A stretch of DNA of 64,000 nt, from positions 197,098,001 to 197,162,000 of the forward strand of contig OZ024742.1 in assembly GCA_964016885.1 (NCBI GenBank), read 5' to 3'. Source of the stretch: Eledone cirrhosa. Its lineage: Eukaryota. Shown piece by piece: positions 52,868-64,000 of this stretch; within the stretch, counting starts at the first letter, position 1, and every line of letters begins with the position of its first letter. The position numbers and the translations under genes are program-made. Under the pieces are notes generated by a model. It had not been told where the DNA came from and searched no databases. It was given only the letters and a program-made list of their open reading frames with translations.

Positions 52868-54456
52868 AGCACAGTTATGGCACAGTTATTGTGGAACATA
52901 TATTATGGCACAGTTATTGTGGGACAGCTATTGTGACACAGATATTGTGGCGCAGTTATTGTGGGACAGTTATTGTGACACAGATATTGTGGCACAGATA
53001 TTGTGGCACAGTTATTGTGGCACAGATATTGTGGCACAGATATTGTGGCACAGTTATTGGGGAACAGATATTGTGGCACAGTTATTGGGGCACATATATT
53101 GTGGCACAGATATTGTGGAACAGTTATTGTGGCACAGATATTGTGGCACAGTTATTGTGGCACAGTTATTGTGGCACAGTTATTGTGGAACAGATATTGT
53201 GGCACAGCTATTGTGGCACAGTTATTGTGGGACAGTTATTGTGGCACAGTTATTGTGGGACAGTTATTGTGGCACAGATATTGTGACACAGATATTGTGG
53301 CACAGTTATTGTGGTACAGATATTGTGGCACAGATATTGTGGAACAGATATTGTGGAACAGTTATTGTGACACAGATATTGTGGCACAGTTATTGTGGGA
53401 CAGTTATTGTGGCACAGATATTGTGGAACAGTTATTGTGGCACAGATATTGTGGCACAGATATTGTGGCACAGATATTGTGGCACAGATATTGTGGCACA
53501 GTTATTGGGGCACAGATATTGTGGCACAGATATTGTGGCACAGATATTGTGGGACAGTTATTGTGACACAGATATTGTGGCACAGTTATTGTGGGACAGT
53601 TATTGTGGCACATATATTGTGGCACAGTTATTGTGGCACAGATATTGTGGCACAGATATTGTGGAACAGATATTGTGGCACAGTTATTGGGGCACAGATA
53701 TTGTGGAACAGTTATTGGGGCACAGATATTGTGGCACAGATATTGTGGAACAGTTATTGTGGCACAGTTATTGTGGAACAGATATTGTGGCACAGTTATT
53801 GTGGAACAGATATTGTGGCACAGCTATTGTGGCACAGATATTGTGGCATAGTTATTGTGACACAGTTATTGTGGAACAGTTGTGGCACATATATTGTGGC
53901 ACAGTTATTGTGGGACAGTTATTGTTGCATAGTTATTTGTGGCACATTTATTGTGGGACATTTATTGTGGGACAGTTAGTGTGGGACAGTTAATGTGGCA
54001 TAGTTATTTGTGGCACAGTTATTGTGGGACAGTTATTTGTGGCACATTTATTGTGGGACAGTTATTGTGGGAAGGTATTGTGGGAAGGTATTGTGGCAAA
54101 GATATTATGGGACAGATATTGTGGGACAATTAGTGTGAGACAGTTAGTGTAGAATAGTTATTGTGGGACAGTTATTGTGGGACAGATATTCTGGCAGTTA
54201 TTGTGGCACATATATTGTGATACATATATTATGGCAGAGATATTATGGGACAGTTATTGTGGCAGAGATATTGTGGGATAGTTATTGTGGCACAGATATT
54301 GTGGAAAGGTTATTGTGACACAGTTATTGTGGGACAGATATTGTAGGACAGATATTGTGGGACAGGTATTGTGGCGTAGATGCTATGATACAGATATTGT
54401 GACACAAATATAACAGATATTGTGGGACAGTTATGGCACAGATATGATGGCACAAT
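52868..54456. repeat. 14 bp minisatellite, roughly 110 copies
   Basis: Unit tattgtggcacag(a/t); homogeneous centre, decaying toward the right end. Confidence 0.97.
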
Positions 54457-55079
54457 ACAATAGATTCCGATATACATTGTTTAAAAGGGAAGGAAAGTTG
54501 TTTCTACTTTTGGAACAAGGCCAACAATTATTCCAGTGCATTACTGGTACTTTATTTTATCGACCCCTTTAGGATGAAAGGCAAAGTTAGGAAAGTTGAA
54601 GAGAGAATCAGTGAATAGAAGACACGTGACTGCCAATTATAATTCCTCTCTTGATCACACTCTAAATATATAATCTGTAATCTGTAATACATTTCGTTTC
54701 TGTATTGGCGATACCAACCAAATTGAAGAGAATAAAAACGTAGGAACGGAGTTGAAATATTGATATATACGGAAATAAAAATTTTTTTCAATGAATAAAT
54801 AAATAAATAGATAAATAAATAAATAGAATGAAGTGAGGAAAGTGAATTAAAGTTGATCTTGTTATGGCTTTCTTTAAGAATCTAGAACACATTTTATAAA
54901 CAATTACTGCTCTATATTTCAGATAAACCAATCATCATCTCTCTCTTTCGCCAGTCGTCTGTTTCCCCCTCTCTATCTCTCATTCTCTTTCTCCTTCTCT
55001 CGTCTATCCGTCTCTCTCTCTCTTTCTCCTCTCGTCTATCGGTCTCTCTTTCTCTCTCTTTCTCCTTCTCTCGTCTATC

Positions 55080-55162
<83 letters not shown>

Positions 55163-55730
55163 CTCTTTCCCCTTCTCTCGTCTATCCGCCTCTCTCTCTT
55201 TCTCTTTCCCTCATTTTCTTTCTTTTCACTTTCTCTTTTTTCTTTCTCTTTCTCTTGTCCGTCAGTCTCTAACTTATTCTCTTTCTCATTCTTTTTCTCT
55301 CTTTCTAAATCCCCCACTCGCACACACTTACACTCATACACACTCACACTCACACTCATACACATACACACTCATACACACACTCACACTCATACACACT
55401 CACACTCATACACACTCACACTCGCACACACTCACACTCACGCTCATACATAATGAATAGAATTATTTTTTATTGATTTGGATTTCAGGATTTTTTTTTC
55501 ATCGAATCTGTTTTTGATATCAAGTTCAGTTTGTCCTTGAGAGATGTGGATGGAAGTTTTGCATCGATTTCCCCCCAAAGACCAAAATCAATAAAAAAAC
55601 AGACTCGAAAATATTGAAAAACATTTTCTACTCTAATCTTGTTGTATTCTTCACAAATTCCATAGATGTATTTCATGTTTTTGACACAAAACTTCCTTCT
55701 TTTATCTGAGTCTATATTCTATATATATAA

Positions 55731-56060
55731 GCGGCGAATTGGCAGAGTCGTTAGAACGTCGGATAGAATGTTTTATGGTAGTCGATCCGGCTCTGGGAGT
55801 TTCAATCTCGTCGAGGTCAACTGTGCCTTTCATCCTTTCGAAGTCGATAAAAAAGTACCAGTCTAGTGCTGGGTTCGAGTCTTCCTCTATATCTCTTTCT
55901 CATTTCCTTTCTCTCTCACTTTCTATCTTTCTCTGGAAGAAATCTGCTATACTCAGACCTGGAGAAGGATGGGCTCTGCCAGACTTAAAATGCCCAAGAA
56001 ACGCCGTATGTCAATACGGCGCCCCTACGACTCCCTCAAGAATTACGGAACCATACCATA
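55731..56060 (+). mobile_element. Full-length Meta-domain-type SINE, long tail
   Basis: gcggcgaattggcagagtcgttagaacg head, gcctttcatcctttcgaagtcgataaaaaagtaccag core, cccctacgact tail; relatives at 43545-43685 and 62690-62915. Confidence 0.88.
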
Positions 56061-56229
56061 TTCTATATATCATTAAAATCAGGAATTTCTACTGCAGCCT
56101 CTACCCGACCTAACTTCTAAGGTTTTATTGAACTAAATATTTATAAACTCCATGACATACGTGAAACAGTATATTTATATTTGCAGAAGCCACTAATGTT
56201 CGCTTGTATGTTTTGATTTAGTTCGTGCG

Positions 56230-56280
<51 letters not shown>

Positions 56281-56340
56281 ACTCTCTCTCTCTCTCATAT
56301 ATTTATATATATATAACTACAGTATATATATATATATACA

Positions 56341-56491
<151 letters not shown>

Positions 56492-56530
56492 TTATATATA
56501 TATACATACATGTACATATATACATATACA

Positions 56531-56626
<96 letters not shown>

Positions 56627-56645
56627 CATGTACATATATACATAT

Positions 56646-56676
<31 letters not shown>

Positions 56677-56833
56677 GATGTACATATATACACATACATA
56701 TATATATATATAGATATATATATATACATACATGTACATATACATACACACACACACATATATATACATGCATGTACATATGTATATATACATATGTATA
56801 TCTATATATACATGCACATATATACATATTTAT

Positions 56834-56872
<39 letters not shown>

Positions 56873-56928
56873 AGTATACACACATGTGTGTGTTTGTGTC
56901 TGTATTCACATCCTTATTATGTCTGTAC

Positions 56929-56988
<60 letters not shown>

Positions 56989-57779
56989 GTTCATTTGTGT
57001 ATGTATTTGTGTAAGTCCTACGTATAATAAACGATGTCTGCTTGTTTGTATTACTCTCTACAGATAATTCGTAAAGATTGCTTCTTTCACTGCTAAATAT
57101 CTTGATTTTGGTGATTAAGCTGTAGAGTTCAGCAACTCGAGTAGGGCGTCTCCGTGTTTGCTAAAACCCTCTAGCCCCGTCTACCCATTCCATCTTTCCC
57201 ACCATCGCTGCCAGCATATAACATCGCCACAACTAGCCAGAGAAACTGATATACGGAACACAGGGTCAATTATGGGAATCATTCTGTTTTAGATATCGAA
57301 AGATATTTCTAGTGCAAATGTCTTTAAAATGTAATATGTTGTTTCAAACTGCCCCATTTTGAAACGATTTGCTAATCTTTCTACGGATTTCTTCGAATAG
57401 TTCTATCTTCTTTAACCTATAATTAATAAATTGCTGCCGAATATTGTTTGCCTTGCATCCAATATATCCAATATATTCTGTTCATAATGGTGAGAGATGG
57501 GGGAAGCTGGAGAGACGGAGTCAGTGGGAGTTTAGTTCCTTTGTGTTCGACCTGGTGTGTATGTATGTTTCAGGGACACATGTGTCAGGGACCTGGTGTA
57601 TATGTTTCAGGGTTAAATATGTATATTCCAAGATTAAATCCCAACTGATTAATTTTCATTGATTTGTTTCTTTCGTAAATCATTTATTTTATCCAATCTT
57701 AACCAAAAGAAAATAGAGAAGATGTAGGATTTGTGCATTTTCCTACCAACGTAAATAGTGACAGCAAATACCGCCACTG

Positions 57780-57980
57780 GAAACTTTCTACCGCCCTAAC
57801 AACAACAAAGATTTGCTGGCCACTGCCATCGTGTCACTTACGACGCTGTGTCCCCATTAGTGCTTTGGAAACCACAAGCATTCACTAATAACAGGGAGCG
57901 CAAGCTCTCCGACCCCGATGTCATCTCCAGAGATTCTGGTATTGAAATCCAGGACTTGGCAACAGCAATGATCATTAATT
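57780..57980 (+). mobile_element. RTE LINE 3' fragment
   Basis: QQQRFAGHCHR..SPLVLWKP..DVISRDSGIEIQDLATAM, parallel to 4370-4540. Confidence 0.7.
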
Positions 57981-58059
57981 GTTGAATCCATTTCGGCTGA
58001 GGTCGTCGGGTGATGAACGACAACAGCAACAGCAGTAATAACAACAATGATAATAATGG

Positions 58060-58605
58060 TTTCTGAATGGGAGAGGAAAGTCGATTAAATTAACCCCAGT
58101 GCGTAACTGGTACTTCATTTTATTGATCCTCCGTAAGGATGAAAGGCAAAGCTAACCTCGGCGGGATTTGAACTCATAACGTAAAGGATCGTATCTATAT
58201 GCCGCAATAACATGTTTGACGCTCTACCAACATTGTCAATCTATCGTCCTTATAATAGTAATGATAATGGTTTCTAATTTAGGCACAAGACCAACAATTT
58301 GAAGGGAAAGGGCAAGTCGAATACATCGACTCCAGTACATGACTGGTACTTTATTTTATCGACCCCCCCCCCCCGGAAGGATGGAAGGCAAAGCTAACCT
58401 CGGCAGGATTTGAACTAACTATATCTCGCAAAACATGTTGTTCAACGTTCTCTTGATAATCCCAATCCATCGCTCTTATAGTAATAATTGTTTCTACTTT
58501 TGGCACAAGGCCAGCAATTACCCAGTGCATTACTGGTACTTTATTTTATCGACCCCCGTAAGGATGAAAGGCAAAGTTAACCTCGGCGGGATTTGAATTC
58601 AGACA
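58060..58605 (-). mobile_element. Three tandem Meta-domain-type SINEs
   Basis: Three ggatgaaaggcaaag.taacctcggc cores separated by TAA-rich tails. Confidence 0.88.
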
Positions 58606-58619
58606 GTAATAATGATAAG

Positions 58620-58935
58620 TCCTTTATTTACCCTATTCAAAAAGTACCTCCGTTGGTTTGGTCACATATTGTATCATCCACGAAGTGAACTCATTTATGA
58701 TGCTGTCTCACCAGAATCTATCCTAGGATATCATAACCAGCGAGGAGGACAGTTGAAAACGTGGATTGGCATGATTAAGTCGAAAGTCCAATCCTCATTT
58801 AATATCTGATCCTCACATATATGTATCCCCCGTTGGAATCGTAAGACAACATCTAACAGACGCCTTTGATTTCCCCTGTTAATGATACTGTCAATGAACT
58901 GTTTGGAGCCGATTCAACTCATTCTGGTTGAACGC
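58620..58935 (+). mobile_element. RTE-like LINE 3' fragment
   Basis: LRWFGHIL..RGGQLKTWIGMIK. Confidence 0.65.
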
Positions 58936-58948
58936 CGACATAAGTACA

Positions 58949-59039
<91 letters not shown>

Positions 59040-59324
59040 TCACTCACTCACTCACTCACTCACTCACTCACTCACGCACACACACATACACACACGCGGA
59101 AACAGAAATAGATATTGCTGAAGTCTGTTGGCAATTATGAAATTGTGACATATATTTGTTGATATTATTTTAATAATTCCTGTTTTTACAACAGCAAACG
59201 CTAACACACTGACGAATAATTGAGATCAGTAAAATAAAAGGTAATTTTCGGGAAGATTAAAAACACATTTAAAAGTACAGTGGTTCACACTAATATAACT
59301 TCTCTTAATATTCTTTCTAACATG

Positions 59325-59760
59325 GCTACAAGGCCGGCAATTTGGGGCAAGAGGAAATCTTATTAAATTGATCCCCAGTACTTAACTGGTAATTTATTTT
59401 ATCAATTCCGGAAGGATGAAAGATAAAGCTTCCTCCTTCGGTGGGATTTGAACTAAGATCGCACACAGCTGGAACGAATACTGCAAAGTATTCTATCTGG
59501 TGCTCTAACGATTCTGCAAATCCATCACACATCCCTTTAATATTTGTTTCTGATTTAGGCACAAGGCCACCTATTTGGAGGCAGGGGAAATTCGATTAAA
59601 TCGACCCCAGCGCATTACTAGTACTTTATTTTATTGACCCCGAAAGGATGAAAGACAAAACTAACCTCGGCAAGACTTGAACTAAGATCGTAAAGGGGCG
59701 TAACCTTATGCCATAAAGCATGTTGTCTGACGCTCTACCGCTACTGTCAATCCACCCAAC
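59325..59760 (-). mobile_element. Two tandem Meta-domain-type SINEs, the second with a TSD
   Basis: cacatccctttaatatt on both sides of 59545-59760. Confidence 0.85.
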
Positions 59761-61166
59761 TACACATCCCTTTAATATTGTGCAATAAAATTTATTTGAT
59801 AAACTGGAGATTCATTCAACTGAAGTTCTATTTTACATCACACATTTTCGTGGAAAAGGCATATACGTGCGAAATCCCTCTCGTTTCTCTTAAAATATAT
59901 ATGGACAGAAACTCTGTAGTAACTTAATATAGCAGCATAAGATTTTGCAAAATGTGGAACCCGAGGAAAGTGACGAAGGTCTGTGTCGGTACCTGTATTC
60001 AAAATGTTGATTTTCTCTTTCCTCAAATTATTGACACCAACAAAATCTCTTGGAATTTATGGCTGTTACAACAGATTAAGATACAAGTTTCATTTTTGAA
60101 GCCATTCCTTTTGCTCCATTAATAATTTATAGAAAAGTATAAGGCCCCCCGTTTTTTTCTCTTCATTAACATTGATAGTTTTCAGCTTATAGGTTCCATT
60201 GTGGTAATATTTCGGCATTGTTAAAATAGACACCAGTGAAGAAATGGAATCGATATATTCGTGTATAAAATACGTTAGAAATACACATTTTAGAGAAAGA
60301 TGAACTTAACCATATGAAGACAAAGACCACTATAACATGGCTAAGTTGGTTAGGATATAGTCTTCTGACTATAATATAAAACAAAATATTGAAAGGTCAG
60401 TACGATAAACATTTTTAATGAATCGGCGTTTTATTTTTTAGCGATATTTTACGAATTTGTACTTTAGCTGACACAAACAAAGGAATGCAAAGGAATGCCT
60501 AGGAGAAAGTTCAGAGAATAATTCAAAACTATTAGCAACAGGGAAGTAGTTACAACAGGGAAGTAGTTTTACAGCAATATGTCAGATTTCATGATATACA
60601 CATGGCCTATTATATAACGTATAAGAAGAAATATCGTTGTTATTATTCACAGTACGGACGTGTCTGTATTTGATGTAATAGCAAAGATAAAGCAGGAGAA
60701 ATATGCGGTTTTATTAGGCTTTGGTAGTTGTCAAATGAAACACTTTCAGAGAAGTTTGTTATCAGAAATACTGGCTCTTATTGGTATTTTGCAACTTATC
60801 TTTCAAAGCTATTTGGACGAGAGAAAGATGGCTTCCTCTGTATTTATTTCCTTTACAGATTAAAAAGTTGATTGTTAATTATTATTAGGAATGAACTCAA
60901 CACAATCTATTTTTCTTACCCTATGAATGGAAATCTTTTCGTAAGGAATAATTTTCCTCACCCAATGTTCCAATCTCCTTTTAGCTTTAGTCGCTTTCAT
61001 CCGTCCGGTGAGCATAATTGGCAGCCATTTTGCTTTATTCAAGCCGCTAAATCTTAGAGCAAGGAAAGAGAGAGAAACAGAAACAGAGACAGAGAGACAG
61101 AGAGAAACAGTGAGAGAGACAGAGAGAAGGACAGAGAGAGAAAGAGAGAGAGGGGGGTGGAGAGAC

Positions 61167-61230
<64 letters not shown>

Positions 61231-63471
61231 CGCACGAGAGAGAGAGAGGAGGTCTTTCTATTTTTCCTCCAACTATAAATACCGAGGCTTATACATTATT
61301 TTTTGCATTCATGTTAACTCAAGATAACTTCAACAGCTTTACGTCAGCACACAAAGCCAAGTACAAGATACTGCTCCATCAGCTGGAGCTATCTGACAGT
61401 TACTCTTCTTGTTTACTGTAAATGAATCCGATAAACTGAAATACAATGCTTCATGATGCTGTTAAAAATCTTGTGACTAAAGACAATTAAATTCCTTTTC
61501 GTTTACTCAATTGTAAGAGATATGTAAATTATTTTCTGTGTTGACAAAAAAAAAGAGAGATATAGTGTTAACCATTTAATCAAAATTCTTATGTGACAGA
61601 ATAAATCGTTTGATAGAGAAACAAAAACTATCATTATTGTATTAATGAATTCTTTTGTTTTTATTGTTGATATATAGACGAGAGAAAATTAGTGCACTAT
61701 CACATTTCTCTATTTATAAGAAGCTGTAAGAGCTATGGTATGAGAATGTGGCAGAGTCGCTTCATTTGTACGTTGACACTGTATTTGACATAAATATTTG
61801 CAACTTTTTTTAAAACCAGAAATATGAGAAAACTGTAAAATACTGACAGAAATGTGGTGTAAAAACAAACAGAAGATATCGGTTTAATAATTCGAGAAAC
61901 GTAATATTTTGCTGTATTAGAGTCTAGATGTAACCTCGGTTTGTTATTCATTGGTTCAAACCATCGTAAACTTCTTAACATATCTTAAACATTGTGTTTT
62001 AAATTTCTAAATAGTCCGCCCCACCAAGAAAAAATAACTGACTTGTGTCATCGTTACATGTGAATAAGTTCAACATTCTCAAAGTTCATTTTGTTAAAAT
62101 ATTGAAATGGTATATTTTTACAGCAATGTTTTTCATAAACGTCATAAAATCAATGTTTTCCTTGTAAAGTAGAAAGACATACTTTTTTAGGGGAAAGATA
62201 TAATCTCGTAAATCAACACCAGTGTATATCTTCTACTTATTTTATTGGTCCCAGGAGAATAGGAGGGGAATTTTACTCCAATGTATATCTAGCCAATGTT
62301 TTAGTCATCTTTCAGAGAATAAGGGGTTAAATTGACTCCAATGGGATTTCAGTTCATGTAAAGAAACATATCTAAATTTTGACCGACATTTAGTCTACTG
62401 TTCACTCTATTACTTTCAAGTTTCTAAGAAGGTTATATGATTCATGGAATATTAGTAATTAAATATACAAAGCTACTATTGTTTCATTTATCGATCTTTT
62501 CTAATAGAAAATCGATCGGGAGCACCAAAATTTACTTCAGATTGTCAGTAGCTTACTTATGTCGATGTATTTTAATTCCTACATAAAACTATTTACATTC
62601 TTTTAGACCATATATATATATATATTACAAAGTCTTCAACGTCGTATATCCCATTTTCAAATACCAAGATGTTGAGACTTTATTCTATTTAATATACTCG
62701 TTACTCCTGATGGTGTCGCAGGGTAGCCATAGTGTGACAACAACCTTTCTTAGGCATCTTAAACCTGGTGGCGCCCATCTCCTCTCCAGGTCTGAGAAAA
62801 GGAAAGAATCATAGAGAGAGAATGAGAAAGAGATATAAAAGAAGAATCGGCTCCAGTACTGGACTGGTACATTTTTTATCGACCTCGAAAGGATGAAAGA
62901 CAAAATTGACCTCAGCAGCAAGTTTGTGTATGTAATGCGTCTGTGAGGGCGTTTTTACATTAGCTGTAAATCCCGGTCTTATACAACCAAAACATAGCAT
63001 AGTGATTCGACAAGCAGATATCGATAAAATAAATACCAGACTGAAGTAAGTAATAGGGTCTATGTGACCAACCAAAACTCTTGAAGTCGGTGTTCTAGCA
63101 TGGTAAGAGTCCAACAAGAGAAACTAGTAGCAGAAAAGAATATAGTTTGATACCCTATCATTTCTTATAGTTCCATAGGTAAAAATATGTGAAACAATGA
63201 GAATGGGAACGATATATTGGAAAGGAAAACTAATTATTCATATAAACGGAATATAGAAAGTGAGAGCATGTGGAATGAAGTTGAAATTTGAGCAGATATT
63301 CCGAAATATTACATTACTAGAGTTTATGTAACTAGATCTTATGTAAAGCAGACGGTGTAATGTCAGTAATACGCGTGGTTCATGTATATTTTATTGCGAA
63401 AGAGTTCATCACTTACATTCAATTCAGCCTAAATCTATTAATATTTTGGCGGAAACAGTCAAAAGTATATA

Positions 63472-64000
63472 TTATCATCATCATCATCATCATTTTACGT
63501 CTGCTTTTCTCTGCTTGCAAGGGTGGGACGGGTCTTATTCAGCACAGCATCTCTCCACTCGTCACGGTCCTTCGTCATCTCCACCGTGAGCTTCAATGAT
63601 CTGAGGTCTGTTCTCACCACCCCCGCCCATGTTTTTCGTGGTCTACCTCTACCACGTCTTCCTTCAACTGGCATTTCCTGGCACTTCTTCACCCCTCGGT
63701 CATCCTCCATGCGCACCACCTCAGTCTCCTCTCCCGTACACTACATTCTATCCCTCTCAGACATAGTTTCTCTCTCAACACATTTATGCTGGGTCATTCA
63801 CGCACATTTACACTGCACATCCAACGGAGCATGCTTGCCTCATTTCTCTCCAGCCGTCGCATATCCTCTGCAGTTGCTGCCCATGTCTCACTACCATGCA
63901 GCATCGCGATCCTCACACAGGCATCATACAACCGGCCTTTCGTACGCAGGGAGAAACCCTTCTTCGTCAACAGAGGAAGCAGCTCCCTAAACTTCTTTCA
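63472..64000 (-). mobile_element. RTE LINE 3' end with (GAT)n tail, runs off the window
   Basis: KFRELLPLL..KGRLYDACVRIAMLHGSETW..EASMLRWMC..RRLRW..EGRRGRGRPRKTW. Confidence 0.92.

Noticed and set aside
52839-53993. 384 aa ORF as a protein-coding gene
   Set aside because: Lies almost entirely within a 14 bp minisatellite whose period is not a multiple of 3; the same peptide appears in all frames

Overview
This window is AT-rich, microsatellite-dense animal genomic DNA, most likely octopod/cephalopod (inferred from the SINE repertoire and (TA)n/(CA)n/(TATG)n load). I find no recognisable host protein-coding gene; nearly all listed ORFs are microsatellite read-throughs or decayed transposon fragments. 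It contains: (1) about 35 tRNA-derived SINE copies, from a Meta-domain-type family with two alternative tails and a CORE/V-like family; (2) fragments of RTE, CRE-like, R4/Dong-like RLE and Tx1/L1-like LINEs; (3) Tc1/mariner, pogo-like and Chapaev3-like MITEs and an Academ-like remnant; (4) several minisatellites. The most notable signal is a dense set of Penelope-like element (PLE) termini abutting (TA)n tracts. These comprise two GIY-YIG endonuclease fragments and about a dozen type I hammerhead ribozyme motifs read directly from the sequence, several with intact cores and one pair arranged as a foldback. Many termini form foldback inverted repeats, and several share a TATTGAGTAC motif 30-50 nt from the element end. 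All structures were folded by eye; none was computed or searched.
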